In this document: positions 27,384-37,731 of the stretch, piece after piece
How the letters are laid out: every line of letters begins with the position of its first letter
Position numbering within the stretch: the first letter of the stretch is position 1
Assembly (NCBI GenBank): GCA_002009975.1
Contig: MTLP01000042.1
Span: forward strand, 160,001-224,000
Reading direction: 5' to 3'
Length of the DNA: 64,000 nucleotides
From: Thermococcus sp. JdFR-02
GTDB lineage: Archaea > Methanobacteriota_B > Thermococci > Thermococcales > Thermococcaceae
The notes under the pieces: model-generated
Database searches by the model: none
What the model saw: only the letters and a program-made list of their open reading frames with translations
Told to the model about the DNA's origin: nothing
Position numbers and translations under genes: made by a program

Positions 27384-27403
27384 AGGGCAGGCTTTCCTAT
27401 CCA
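27384..27403. promoter_or_regulatory. Tar-type activator site AGGGCA-N8-TATCCA
   Basis: 9/12 match to the T. kodakarensis Tar consensus TGGACA-N8-TGTCCA as I recall it, directly upstream of TATA CTTAAATA (27408-27415). Confidence 0.6.
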
Positions 27404-27507
27404 AAAGCTTAAATACATAATGTTACACTTTAAAGCTTGGTGATGGTGATGTCCCGCCAATATCTATAACTAAATTTGAAAAAAGAAAAGAGCCAAACGA
27501 TTTAGTT

Positions 27508-27771
27508 GTGTTTAAAAAACTCTTTTTGAGGGCTTTAAACGAAAACCAGATATTAATTTTGGAGAACATAAATGGAAGCCATCGTTCTTTAAATGCCTTT
27601 TTAGAGGAGTTAAGCAAGGAATTCAACAAGCCAATGTCAACACTGAAGTTAAATGCCAGAATTCTAAAGGAGCTTGGCTTGATAGAGTACGGAGGGAAAG
27701 AGAATCCAAAACCAGTTGAACTAACGAAACCCGGAAAGCTCGTTCTAAAAATCCTTGGGGTGGGAGAATGA
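27508..27771 (+). CDS. tar: Winged-HTH regulator heading the aro operon (Tar/TK0271-like); start uncertain
   Basis: PMSTLKLNARILKELGLI...VELTKPG wHTH; position immediately upstream of split transketolase. Confidence 0.7.
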   Translation: MFKKLFLRALNENQILILENINGSHRSLNAFLEELSKEFNKPMSTLKLNARILKELGLIEYGGKENPKPVELTKPGKLVLKILGVGE

Positions 27772-28436
27772 GCGAGAGCTTAAGCAGCTTACAACTAAAC
27801 GAAAAACTCAAGAGGATGCTATCAAATGTAAACAACTTCCATCTAAATTCATCGATAACGTGCTTAGAAATCTTGAAAGCAGTTCTTGCAAGAAAAAGAG
27901 AAGAAGATGTAATAATTTTAAGCAAAGGTCATTCAGCGCCAGCATTTTATGTGCTTTTGTCAGAACTTGGATTTTTAAGTGAAGAAGATCTTGAAAGCTT
28001 TGCTGACTTAGAAGGGCTTCCAAGCCACACCATTAAAGGTTTGCCTTTTATAGAAGTCTCAAGCGGCTCATTGGGACAAGGACTTTCAGTTGCAAATGGA
28101 ATAGCATTAGCCTCAAGGCTTCAAGGGAAGAAAAGAAGCATATATGTGATTTTAGGAGATGGTGAATTAGATGAGGGTCAAATCTGGGAAGCTGCCATGA
28201 CCTCTTCACATTACAAGTTAGACAACATCATAGCTATCATTGATAGAAACTTCAAACAGTTAAGTGGAGAAACAGAGGAAACAATGAGAAAAGAGCCATT
28301 AGCGGACAAATGGAAAGCCTTTGGATGGGAAGTTTTTGAAATTGAAAACAAAGCTGAAAAGCTTTTAGAGACCCTTTTTAAACTCGATAAAGTCAAAGGA
28401 AAGCCAAAAGTTATCATCGCAGAGTGGAAAACATAG
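27768..28436 (+). CDS. Transketolase N-terminal subunit
   Basis: LSKGH, SSGSLGQG, GDGE..EG..WEA. Confidence 0.93.
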   Translation: MSESLSSLQLNEKLKRMLSNVNNFHLNSSITCLEILKAVLARKREEDVIILSKGHSAPAFYVLLSELGFLSEEDLESFADLEGLPSHTIKGLPFIEVSSGSLGQGLSVANGIALASRLQGKKRSIYVILGDGELDEGQIWEAAMTSSHYKLDNIIAIIDRNFKQLSGETEETMRKEPLADKWKAFGWEVFEIENKAEKLLETLFKLDKVKGKPKVIIAEWKT

Positions 28437-28461
28437 CTATTTGAATAAGGAGGCTTAAATT

Positions 28462-29382
28462 ATGGCCACAGTAAAGAGCTTTAGGGAAATATTTGGAAAG
28501 ACGTTAGTTGAAATAGGAAAGGAGAATGAAGATGTTGTCCTCCTAGATGCAGATGTAAAGAGTTCAACAAAAACAGTTTACTTTGAAAGGGTTTTTCCCA
28601 ACAGATTCTTTCAAATTGGCATAAGTGAGCAGGACTTAATCTCAACGGCTGCAGGATTTGCAATAGCTGGAAAAATCCCAATTGCTTCAGCCTTTGCAGT
28701 TTTTATGATGAGGGCTTGGGAGCAAATAAGAAACACCATAGCAAGGGATAACTTAAATGTTAAGCTTGTAGCAACTCATTCTGGTTTTTCTGACTTTATG
28801 GATGGTTCATCACATCAATCATTTGAAGATATTGCTTTGATGAGAGTTTTGCCAAACATAGGTGTTGTTGTCCCAGCGGATGGGTACTCAACAAAAGCTT
28901 TGCTTAAGCAGATAGTTGAAAAGGAGGGTCCATTTTACATGCGCTTGGGAAGAGATTATGCAAAGAAGGTTTACGAAGATGAAGAGTTAAAGCTTGGAAA
29001 AGCCGAGATTTTAAGGGAAGGAGAAGATGTGTTCTTAATTGCTTGCGGCTTTATGGTTTCAGCAGCTTTAGAAGTCGCAGAGAAATTAAAAGGAAAGCTA
29101 AGCATTGGTGTTGCAGATTTTCACACGATAAAACCCTTTGATGAGAAAAATTTACTCAAGATAGCCAAAAAAAGCAATCTAATTGTTACTTTGGAAGAGC
29201 ACAGTATTTATGGAGGTCTTGGAAGCGCTGTGGCAGAGATTTTAAGCGAAAAAATGCCAATGAGGGTTCTTAGGATTGGAACAACAGATTTTGGAAGAAG
29301 CTCGAGGGATTACTTGTCCCTTCTTGATGTTTATGGTTTAAGTGTAGATAAAATCACAAAACGGATCTTGGAGGTAGTTTGA
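28462..29382 (+). CDS. Transketolase C-terminal subunit
   Basis: GISEQ, RAWEQIR, DGSSHQ, EEHSIYGGLG. Confidence 0.93.
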   Translation: MATVKSFREIFGKTLVEIGKENEDVVLLDADVKSSTKTVYFERVFPNRFFQIGISEQDLISTAAGFAIAGKIPIASAFAVFMMRAWEQIRNTIARDNLNVKLVATHSGFSDFMDGSSHQSFEDIALMRVLPNIGVVVPADGYSTKALLKQIVEKEGPFYMRLGRDYAKKVYEDEELKLGKAEILREGEDVFLIACGFMVSAALEVAEKLKGKLSIGVADFHTIKPFDEKNLLKIAKKSNLIVTLEEHSIYGGLGSAVAEILSEKMPMRVLRIGTTDFGRSSRDYLSLLDVYGLSVDKITKRILEVV

Positions 29383-30167
29383 TGTTAAGATTTAGTAAAG
29401 AATACAAAAGAAAAACCATAGTTAAAGTTGGAGATGTGAAATTTGGAGAAGGATTCACTGTTATTGCGGGACCTTGTTCAGTTGAGAGTGAAGAGCAAAT
29501 AATGAAAACAGCAGAATTTTTGAGCGAAATTGGAGTTAAGGTTTTAAGAGGAGGAACTTTCAAGCCAAGAACATCTCCATACTCTTTTCAGGGACATGGA
29601 AAGAAAGCCTTAAGATGGCTCAAAAAAGCTGGAGAAGAGTTCGATTTAATAACCGTAAGCGAGGTTATGGACACAAGAAAAGTTGAGCTTGTGGCTAAAT
29701 ATGTTGACATCCTGCAAATTGGGACGAGAAATTCCCAAAACTTCGAGCTTCTAAAGGAAGTCGGTAAAATAAACAAACCTGTGATCTTGAAAAGAGGATT
29801 TGCAAATACAATCCAAGAGTGGCTTTATTCAGCAGAATATATCCTAAGCAAAGGCAATGAGAATGTTATACTTTGTGAAAGGGGAATTAGAACCTTTGAA
29901 ACATCAACACGCTTTACTTTAGATATTTCAGCGGTTCCGGTTGTTAAAGAGCTTTCCCATTTGCCGATAATAGTTGACCCCTCTCATGCGGCTGGAAAGA
30001 GGAGTTTGGTTAAGCCATTAGCAAAAGCAGCTTTAGCTGTTGGTGCTCATGGAATTATGCTTGAAGTTCACCCAAATCCAGAGGAAGCACTGTCCGATAA
30101 GGATCAAGCTTTAAGGTTTGAAGACTTTCTTGAGCTCTGGGAGGAGTTAAAAAGATGGAACGTATAA
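29379..30167 (+). CDS. aroF: DAHP synthase (type I-beta)
   Basis: IAGPCSVE, FKPRTSPYSFQG, CERGIRTF, DPSH. Confidence 0.95.
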   Translation: MMLRFSKEYKRKTIVKVGDVKFGEGFTVIAGPCSVESEEQIMKTAEFLSEIGVKVLRGGTFKPRTSPYSFQGHGKKALRWLKKAGEEFDLITVSEVMDTRKVELVAKYVDILQIGTRNSQNFELLKEVGKINKPVILKRGFANTIQEWLYSAEYILSKGNENVILCERGIRTFETSTRFTLDISAVPVVKELSHLPIIVDPSHAAGKRSLVKPLAKAALAVGAHGIMLEVHPNPEEALSDKDQALRFEDFLELWEELKRWNV

Positions 30168-31156
30168 TAATAAGAGAGGGAAGTCTTAAAAAATTAAAAA
30201 AGCTCGTAGAAGAGGTTTCTCCTTACAAAACAGTTGTAATAACGAACACAACCCTCGAAAAGCTTTGGTTGAATGAGATTTTAGACCAAATAGATGCAAT
30301 TCCACTGGTAATTCCAGATGGAGAAGAATTCAAAAGCCTAAACACCGCTGAAAAAATTTGGAAAAATCTAATAGAAATTGGATTCACTCGGAAGTCTCTA
30401 ATAATAGGTCTTGGGGGAGGGGTTGTAACAGATTTAGCTGCTTTCGTAGCTTCTACTTTCATGAGAGGAACTTATTTGGGCTTAATACCAACGACACTCT
30501 TAGCTCAAGTTGATGCTGCTATAGGAGGGAAAACTGGAATAAACTTTGAAGGAAAAAACATCATTGGAACTTTCTACTTACCAAATTTTGTTTTAATCGA
30601 CCCTAAAATCTTGAAAACTCTCCCCAAAATTGAAATCTTGAATGGCTTTGGAGAAATTGTCAAATATGGAATTTTGGATAGAAATGTTTTCAATAAGCTT
30701 AATTTCCTGAAAAATCCCAACGAAGAGCTAATTAAAGAGTGTGTAAACGTTAAACTTGGGATTGTGAAGGAAGATTTAAGGGAAAGGGGAAAGAGGAGGA
30801 TTTTGAACTTAGGACATACGGTTGGGCATGCAATTGAGAAGGTTTCAGGCTACAGAATAAAGCATGGCTTTGCAGTTTCCATTGGACTAATGGCAAGTGC
30901 ATTAATAGCTGAAAAGATAAACGGATTTGATTCTGCAATTGTGGAAAGGCTCTTAGAAAAGTTTGAATTACCAAACAAACATGATCTGGATAGTAAAGAG
31001 TTGCTAAAAGCTATGAAGAGCGATAAAAAATCCTGGTATGGAAAGCTAACCTTTGTTCTTCCAGAAGAAATCGGAAAAGTTAACATAGAGAATGTTAGCG
31101 AAAAAACTGTTCTAAAAGTTTTGGAGGAGCTTAAAGATGATAGCTCTATCAATTAA
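30155..31156 (+). CDS. aroB: 3-dehydroquinate synthase
   Basis: GGGVVTD, PTTLLAQVDAAIGGKT, LNLGHTVGH. Confidence 0.96.
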   Translation: MERIIIREGSLKKLKKLVEEVSPYKTVVITNTTLEKLWLNEILDQIDAIPLVIPDGEEFKSLNTAEKIWKNLIEIGFTRKSLIIGLGGGVVTDLAAFVASTFMRGTYLGLIPTTLLAQVDAAIGGKTGINFEGKNIIGTFYLPNFVLIDPKILKTLPKIEILNGFGEIVKYGILDRNVFNKLNFLKNPNEELIKECVNVKLGIVKEDLRERGKRRILNLGHTVGHAIEKVSGYRIKHGFAVSIGLMASALIAEKINGFDSAIVERLLEKFELPNKHDLDSKELLKAMKSDKKSWYGKLTFVLPEEIGKVNIENVSEKTVLKVLEELKDDSSIN

Positions 31157-31778
31157 GGCTAAGACAATTGATGGAGCGATAAAAATCATTGAAAAGGGCG
31201 AGGCGGATTTATACGAGCTTAGAGGTGATGCACTTGAAAGCTTAGAGGGAATGGAAATGCTAAAGCCCTTTGCAAAAAGATTAATAGTCACTGTGAGGTC
31301 TAAGGAGGAAGGGGGATTTAAAGAAATTCCCGATGAGGAAAGATTAATGCTTTTCAAAGAATTTATCCAGCTTAAACCAAAATTTATTGATGTAGAGTTC
31401 AACTCAAAAATAGCCGTGGAAATAATTAAACTGGCAAAAGATAACAAAGTTGGTCTTATTCTTTCTTACCATAACTTTAAAGAGACCCCTCACTCTGAAG
31501 AGCTGAAAAGAATTTTACATGATGCAAAAAGGTCAAATCCGGAGATTGTCAAGATAGTGACTTTTGCTAAAGAGCTTAAGGATAATCTAAGGATTATCAG
31601 TCTATACGAAGAGGAAGACAACTTAATAGCATTCTGCATGGGTGAAAAAGGGAAAATTTCAAGGGTTTTTAGCCTAATTTTTAGCCCGTTCACCTATGTT
31701 GGAAACGTTGCTCCGGGACAACTCACCCTTAACGAAGCAAAGATTATAGGTTCAATTTTAGGTGGTAGAGATGATTAA
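31137..31778 (+). CDS. aroD: Type I 3-dehydroquinate dehydratase
   Basis: ELRGD, TVRS.EEGG, SYHNF, MGEKGKISR, APGQ. Confidence 0.95.
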   Translation: MIALSIKAKTIDGAIKIIEKGEADLYELRGDALESLEGMEMLKPFAKRLIVTVRSKEEGGFKEIPDEERLMLFKEFIQLKPKFIDVEFNSKIAVEIIKLAKDNKVGLILSYHNFKETPHSEELKRILHDAKRSNPEIVKIVTFAKELKDNLRIISLYEEEDNLIAFCMGEKGKISRVFSLIFSPFTYVGNVAPGQLTLNEAKIIGSILGGRDD

Positions 31779-32592
31779 TGCAAAGACCAAGCTCTATGCC
31801 CTAATTGGAAAACCTGTCGAGCATTCACTAAGCCCAGCTATCCACAATCCCCTATTTAAAAAATACAATATCAACTCAGTCTATTTGGCTTTTGAAGTTG
31901 ATGACTTGGAAATAGCAATTGAGGGTGTAAGGGGCTTAAAAATTTCTGGATTAAATATTACACTACCCTACAAAGAGAAAATTTTGCCCTTTTTAGATGA
32001 GCTTTCAGAAGAAGCTGAAGCTATTGGAAGTGTAAACACAGTTATTAACAGAAAGGGAAAGCTAATAGGATACAACACCGATGGAATTGGAGCTTTAAGA
32101 GCTTTGGAAAGATTCACAAATGTTAAAGATAAAAGGGTTTTGATTTTAGGTGCTGGAGGCGCTGGAAAGGCAATAGCTTATACTCTTTCAAAATTAGCAG
32201 AAGTTGTGGTTTTAAACAGAACAGAGAGGAAAGCAAAAGCTTTGGAGAGATTTGGAGTTAAAGGAGAGAAGCTTAACAAAGAAAATCTATCTCGTTATCT
32301 GACTTGGGCAGAGATCGTTATAAACGCAACATCCGTTGGAATGAATGAAGATAAAAGTGTTGTCCCAGAGGAATTCCTGAGAAAAGGGCTTGTGGTTTTT
32401 GATATTGTGTATTCGCCATTAGAAACCAAGCTTTTGAGAGAGGCTAAACAAAGAGAGTGCTTAACAATTGACGGTTTGTGGATGCTTGTCTATCAAGGAG
32501 CTGAGAGCTTTAGGCTCTGGACTGGAATAAAAGCAAATATAGAGTTTATGAGAAAGAAAGCTTTGGAGGCTTTAGAAGGTGGAAGCATTTAG
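31771..32592 (+). CDS. aroE: Shikimate dehydrogenase
   Basis: HSLSP, NITLPYK, NTDG, GAGGAG, NATSVG. Confidence 0.96.
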   Translation: MINAKTKLYALIGKPVEHSLSPAIHNPLFKKYNINSVYLAFEVDDLEIAIEGVRGLKISGLNITLPYKEKILPFLDELSEEAEAIGSVNTVINRKGKLIGYNTDGIGALRALERFTNVKDKRVLILGAGGAGKAIAYTLSKLAEVVVLNRTERKAKALERFGVKGEKLNKENLSRYLTWAEIVINATSVGMNEDKSVVPEEFLRKGLVVFDIVYSPLETKLLREAKQRECLTIDGLWMLVYQGAESFRLWTGIKANIEFMRKKALEALEGGSI

Positions 32593-33385
32593 TGCAGTGA
32601 CTGTAATTAATGCTTTTGCGACTGGAAAAGGAGGAGCTATAGGTATCGACCTAAAGGTCAAAGCTAAAGTCAAACTAAAAGAAGGTATTGGCGGTGAGAT
32701 CTTTGTTAGAGGGGAGAAGTTCATGGATTTTTCTTTAGTAAAGGCTGTTAGAGATGTTATAGCCGAGAAGTTTAACATTGATTTTGGGATTAAAGTCAAA
32801 ATAGACTCTGAAATTCCAATTGGAAAGGGGCTAAAAAGCAGTTCCGCTGTGACTAACGCTTTGATCAAAGCTGTTTTGAAGGAACTCAAAATTGAACTAC
32901 CAGATATTGAGGCTATTAAGCTCGGTGTTGAAGCGTCAAAAAGAGCAGGAGTGACTTTAACTGGAGCTTTTGATGATGCATGTGCTTCCTACTTTGGAGG
33001 TTTGTGCTTAACAGATAACTTAAATCTTGAGATTTTAAAGAGGGAGAAAGTCGAAAAGTTGCCTGTTGTAATATTAATTCCCAAAAGAACGGTATTAACA
33101 GCAAGTTTGAAAGATAAGAACTTCAAAATTTTAGCCCCTTATATCGAGGAAGCTTTTAATTTAGCTATGAAAGGGGAGTGGGAAAAAGCCACTTTTTTTA
33201 ACGGATTGGTGTACTCTTCCTTCTTGGGCTATGACCTTAAGCCTTTCTTTAAAGCCTTAGAGCTTAACGCAATCGTAGGTTTATCAGGAAAGGGTCCAGC
33301 AATGTTTGCAATATCCGAAGAACCTGAAAAAGTAGCGGAAGTCTGGAGAGAGCATGGGGAGATTGTAATAACAACGTTGAGGTGA
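32579..33385 (+). CDS. aroK: Archaeal (GHMP) shikimate kinase
   Basis: [23 protein letters not shown]. Confidence 0.94.
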   Translation: MEAFSAVTVINAFATGKGGAIGIDLKVKAKVKLKEGIGGEIFVRGEKFMDFSLVKAVRDVIAEKFNIDFGIKVKIDSEIPIGKGLKSSSAVTNALIKAVLKELKIELPDIEAIKLGVEASKRAGVTLTGAFDDACASYFGGLCLTDNLNLEILKREKVEKLPVVILIPKRTVLTASLKDKNFKILAPYIEEAFNLAMKGEWEKATFFNGLVYSSFLGYDLKPFFKALELNAIVGLSGKGPAMFAISEEPEKVAEVWREHGEIVITTLR

Positions 33386-33389
33386 GCAA

Positions 33390-34607
33390 ATGATAGAAAT
33401 TTTACCAATAAAAGAACTCTCAGGAAAAGTTGAAGCTCCTCCATCAAAGAGCTACACCCACAGAGCTTTGTTCTTAGCTTTGCTCTCTGAAGGGAAAACT
33501 AAGATAGAAAATCCCTTAGTTTGTACTGACACTATAGCAACGCTAAATGCTGTAAAGGATTTTGGGGCAAAGGGGAACTGGGAATTTGTGGAAAGTGATG
33601 GAAAAATTAGGCCCGCTTTAATTGATGCCATTGAATCGGGAACAACTGCAAGGATTTCCATCGCAATCAGTGCTTTAGCCAATGGAGAAAGCATAATCGA
33701 CGGGAGAGGGTCATTAAGGAGGAGACCTATGAAACCTTTGCTAAGAGCATTGGGAGATTTAGGAATAAGAACAGAATCGAGAGGAACTTTGCCTGTTAAA
33801 GTATTTGGTGGAAAAATAAAAAAGAATTATGTTAAAATTAAAGGCAGCATTTCGTCACAATTTATAACGGCTTTGCTTTTATTGGGAGCAAAAGTTGGAT
33901 TAACCATAGAAGTTTTAGACGAAATAGTCTCAAAACCTTACCTAAACATGACTTTGAAAGCTTTAAAATGGGCTAATGTTAAAGTTGAAAGGGAGAGTAG
34001 TGTTTTTCATGTTTATGAAGGCATAAAAAGCAAATCCTTCTCAATTCCCGGAGATTATTCATCAGCATCTTTCTTTTTAGCAGCAGGTGCCATATTTGGG
34101 AAAGTTAGGGTTGAGAATCTTGATAGAGATGATGTCCAGGCAGATAAAGCTATAGTCGAGCTTTTGAGGGAATTTGGAGCTAATGTTAAAGTTAGGAAGA
34201 ATTATGTTGAAGTTGAAAAAAATGAGTTAGTTGGGCAAGAAATTGATTGTAAAGATTTTCCGGACCTTTTCCCAATTTTAACTGTTTTAGGTACTTACTC
34301 TAAGGGGAAGACAGTTTTAAAGGCAAAGCATTTACGCTATAAGGAGAGTGATAGAATAAGGAACATGGCATTAAATTTGGCAAAGATGGGAGCTAAAGTT
34401 AAAGAACTTAATAATGGACTTTTAATTGAAGGAGGAAAGCTTAAAGATGCTATTTTAGATCCCCAAGGAGATCACAGAGTAGCCATGGCATTGACAATTG
34501 CCGCACTTGGTGCTAAAGGTAAGAGCACAATTCTAAATGAAAGATGCGTTGAAAAATCATATCCCTCCTTTTTTGATGACTTAAAGAGTTTGGGGGCTTT
34601 AAAATGA
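33390..34607 (+). CDS. aroA: EPSP synthase
   Basis: PPSKSYTHRA, ESGTTAR, RRPM, SSQF, KESDR, DHRVAM. Confidence 0.96.
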   Translation: MIEILPIKELSGKVEAPPSKSYTHRALFLALLSEGKTKIENPLVCTDTIATLNAVKDFGAKGNWEFVESDGKIRPALIDAIESGTTARISIAISALANGESIIDGRGSLRRRPMKPLLRALGDLGIRTESRGTLPVKVFGGKIKKNYVKIKGSISSQFITALLLLGAKVGLTIEVLDEIVSKPYLNMTLKALKWANVKVERESSVFHVYEGIKSKSFSIPGDYSSASFFLAAGAIFGKVRVENLDRDDVQADKAIVELLREFGANVKVRKNYVEVEKNELVGQEIDCKDFPDLFPILTVLGTYSKGKTVLKAKHLRYKESDRIRNMALNLAKMGAKVKELNNGLLIEGGKLKDAILDPQGDHRVAMALTIAALGAKGKSTILNERCVEKSYPSFFDDLKSLGALK

Positions 34608-35686
34608 TTGGAAGAATGCTCAGATTTTCAATCTTTGGAGAAAGTCATGGAAAATGTGTCGGTGTCATTATAGAGGGCTGTCCTCCAGGAATTAAAATCG
34701 ATGTGAAAAAGATAAAAGCCGAGCTTGAGAGGAGAAAAGGTATTGAGAGGCTCTCAACTCAAAGGAGAGAAAAAGATGAACCAATAATTCTCTCTGGAGT
34801 TTTCAATAGTTTTACAACAGGAGCGCCAATAGTTGTGACAGTGGAGAATAAAGATGTTGATTCAAGTTATTATGAGAAGATTAAAGACACTCCAAGACCA
34901 GGACATAGCGATTATACAGCCAAGATCAAGTATTTTGGGTTTAACGATTACCGAGGTGGTGGATTTTTCTCGGGAAGGCTAACTGCGGGAATAGTAATAG
35001 CCGGCTATTTTGCAAAGGAAATTTTAGCAAAAGCTGGAGTAGAAGTAAAAGCTTATATAAAATCAATTGGAAAAGTTAAAGCGAGAAATCTAAGTGTTGA
35101 GGAAATTTTCAACTCAAAAAACAGCTTTTGCCCGGATGAAGAGAATTTTCAAAAGATGATTAAAGAAATTGAAAAAGCAAAGAAAAATGGCGATAGTGTG
35201 GGGGGAATAATTGAAGTTATAGCTTCAAGCGTTCCCCCTGGTTTGGGTGGACCCTTTGATGAAGACTTAGAGGGAGATTTAGCTAAAGCCTTCTTTGCAA
35301 TTCCAGCTGTAAAAGGGGTAGAATTTGGTTTAGGATTTAAGATAGCTGAGCTTAGGGGAAGTGAAGCCAATGACAGCTTTATTATCGAAGATGGAGAGGT
35401 AAAAACAAAAACTAATAACGCTGGTGGGATCTTAGGTGGGATAAGCAATGGAATGCCCATCGTTGCAAGGATAGCTTTTAAGCCAACTCCCTCAATCTAC
35501 AAGCCACAAAAAACGGTTGATCTAGAGAAGATGGAAGAAAGGGAGATTAAGCTTGAAGGAAGATTTGATCCGTGTATAGTACCTAAAGCTTTACCTGTTG
35601 TCGAAGCCATGATGGCTTTGGTTTTGGCAGATCATCTATTGAGGTGGTTAAGTTGGAAAGGCTTTATGAACTTAGGGGAAGAATAG
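34604..35686 (+). CDS. aroC: Chorismate synthase
   Basis: FGESHG, RPGHSD, RGGG.FSGR, GGISNG, FKPTPSI, GRFDPC. Confidence 0.97.
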   Translation: MIGRMLRFSIFGESHGKCVGVIIEGCPPGIKIDVKKIKAELERRKGIERLSTQRREKDEPIILSGVFNSFTTGAPIVVTVENKDVDSSYYEKIKDTPRPGHSDYTAKIKYFGFNDYRGGGFFSGRLTAGIVIAGYFAKEILAKAGVEVKAYIKSIGKVKARNLSVEEIFNSKNSFCPDEENFQKMIKEIEKAKKNGDSVGGIIEVIASSVPPGLGGPFDEDLEGDLAKAFFAIPAVKGVEFGLGFKIAELRGSEANDSFIIEDGEVKTKTNNAGGILGGISNGMPIVARIAFKPTPSIYKPQKTVDLEKMEEREIKLEGRFDPCIVPKALPVVEAMMALVLADHLLRWLSWKGFMNLGEE

Positions 35687-35880
35687 ATGAAATTGACAAA
35701 CAAATCATTGAGCTTTTAGAGGAAAGGATTAGAGTTGCTAAGGAAATTGGAAAAATAAAGAAGGAATTAAACCTGCCAATAAAGGATGAAGAGAGGGAAA
35801 GGGAAGTGCTAAAGAGAGCTGAGAGATTTGGAGAAATCTTTGAGAAAATAGTGGAGGTTTGTAGAGATGAGCAACTTTAA
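35644..35880 (+). CDS. Chorismate mutase (AroQ type)
   Basis: LRGRIDEIDKQIIELLEER...IGKIK...D.ERE. Confidence 0.92.
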   Translation: MVKLERLYELRGRIDEIDKQIIELLEERIRVAKEIGKIKKELNLPIKDEEREREVLKRAERFGEIFEKIVEVCRDEQL

Positions 35881-36913
35881 TGTCTATGAGTTCTTCAACA
35901 AAATTTTCTCTATGAATGTTAAAATAAGGTTAGATGCGGGACAGCCAGATATTAAAGTAGATAGAAGGATAATAGAAGAAACCATAAGATCTTTGGAAAA
36001 TGGAGAGACAGGTTATACAAAAACCCTTGGAATAGATGAGCTTAGAGAAAAGATAGCCGAAAGTGAGGGCGTTGAAAAGGATAACATAATCATAGGAAAC
36101 GGCTCAAAGATTTTGATCGCTTCACAAGTCCTTAGAGCTAAAAGAATTGGAGTTATTTCCCCTCATTGGCAGGCTTACGAATCAATGGCAAGAGAGTTTG
36201 GAAGAAAGATTAGAATTTTCAAAACTTCTCTTGAAAAAGGCTGGGAGCCGAGGATAGATAGTTTGGAAGTTGATCTCTTGATATTAAATTATCCAAACAA
36301 TCCCACAGGGAAAATTCCTCCAAAAGATAAACTCAGAGAAATTCTCGAAAGAGCTGAAGAGAAGAAAGTTAAAGTTCTTTCCGATGAAAGTTACTCGGAC
36401 ATAACTTTTAAGCCTTTCACTCCACCTAGAGAACTTTATGAGAATGTTATAACCGTTAAAGGTTTCTCAAAACTATTTTCAATGACTGGATTTAGGCTAG
36501 GATATGCAATAGCTCCAAAAGAAGATGTTAAAAGTATGCAAAAATTTTTGGAGATAACGACTACTTCTGTGCCAATTTTCGTCCAAAGAGCTGGAATTAA
36601 AGCAATTGAGCTTAAAGAAGAGATTAAAACGAAGGTTGTGAAAATTTATAGAGAAAGAGCTGATTTAGCTGTTAGGACTTTGGATAAAAGGCTCTTTGAA
36701 TTTGAAAAACCAGATGGTGCATTTTATTTATTTGTAAGAACTAACGTAGATGGCTTGGAATTTGCAGAAAAGCTCTTAGAAAAAGGAGTTTCTGTTTTTC
36801 CAGGGGTAGCTTTTGGTGATTATAGGAAATTCATAAGGATTTCCTTAGTTAGTTCAAAGCTCGAAGAAGGTTTAAAGAGAATAAATGAGCTTGGAGATGA
36901 GCTTAATGGATAG
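35867..36913 (+). CDS. Class I/II aminotransferase (aromatic)
   Basis: YPNNPTG, SDESY, FSKLFSMTGFRLG. Confidence 0.92.
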   Translation: MSNFNVYEFFNKIFSMNVKIRLDAGQPDIKVDRRIIEETIRSLENGETGYTKTLGIDELREKIAESEGVEKDNIIIGNGSKILIASQVLRAKRIGVISPHWQAYESMAREFGRKIRIFKTSLEKGWEPRIDSLEVDLLILNYPNNPTGKIPPKDKLREILERAEEKKVKVLSDESYSDITFKPFTPPRELYENVITVKGFSKLFSMTGFRLGYAIAPKEDVKSMQKFLEITTTSVPIFVQRAGIKAIELKEEIKTKVVKIYRERADLAVRTLDKRLFEFEKPDGAFYLFVRTNVDGLEFAEKLLEKGVSVFPGVAFGDYRKFIRISLVSSKLEEGLKRINELGDELNG

Positions 36914-37691
36914 GATTGCAATAATTGGATACGGAAAAATGGGGGAGTTCTTTGCTAATGAGTTTAGCAAAAGGTTCGAGGTTGGAATATACTCGAGGCA
37001 TTTAAAAGAGAGCGAATTTGAACTTTTCAATTCAATTGAAGAGCTTTTTGAGGGGAGCAAATATATAATGGTGGCAACTTCCCTTCAAGAAACTCCGAAA
37101 GTTTTAGAAAAGCTTGCAGAGCTTTCAAAAAACAATGAAGGAAAAGTTATTTTCGACATTTCAACCTTTAAAGGAAAGATAATTGAGATTTATAAGAAAT
37201 TTCCGAAGGAAGTTAAGGTTTGCAGCATTCATCCAATGTTTGGAAGTGGTGCAAAGAGCTTAAAGGGTAGGAAAATTATTGTAATCTCAATTGAAGGTAG
37301 AGAAAACGATGCTAAAGACGTCGTGGAGCTTTTTAAGAGCTTTGAAGCTGAGATCTTTATTAGTGACGCAGAGACTCATGACGAAATGATGAAAATCGTA
37401 ATTGGAATTCCCTATTTTATGGGATTATCCTTCTTGAGCTATATCTCAAAATTTAAAAACATTGAAAAATTTGGAGGAACTTCCTTTGAGTATCTGAGTA
37501 TCTATAGTAAGGCAATCTTGAATGACTCATCAGAGTTCATTAAAGAGGTTTTAAAATTCTCAGAAAATAGAATTGAGGAGTTCTTAGGATTTGCTAAAGG
37601 TGATGTCAACATTGAAGAGCTTAAAGAGAGATATAAAGATGAGATTAAAGAAAGCTATAGGACATTCTATAAAGTGTTAAATGAAGATTGA
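36906..37691 (+). CDS. tyrA: Prephenate dehydrogenase
   Basis: IIGYGKMG, DISTFK, HPMFG, HDEMM. Confidence 0.92.
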   Translation: MDRIAIIGYGKMGEFFANEFSKRFEVGIYSRHLKESEFELFNSIEELFEGSKYIMVATSLQETPKVLEKLAELSKNNEGKVIFDISTFKGKIIEIYKKFPKEVKVCSIHPMFGSGAKSLKGRKIIVISIEGRENDAKDVVELFKSFEAEIFISDAETHDEMMKIVIGIPYFMGLSFLSYISKFKNIEKFGGTSFEYLSIYSKAILNDSSEFIKEVLKFSENRIEEFLGFAKGDVNIEELKERYKDEIKESYRTFYKVLNED

Positions 37692-37731
37692 TTGCAAAAC
37701 TCTTTTATTTGCATTTTTTAATGATAAGGTC

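Noticed and set aside
27768-29382. Split transketolase as a possible pseudogene
   Set aside because: Two-gene transketolase is normal in archaea; both halves have RBSs and intact motifs.
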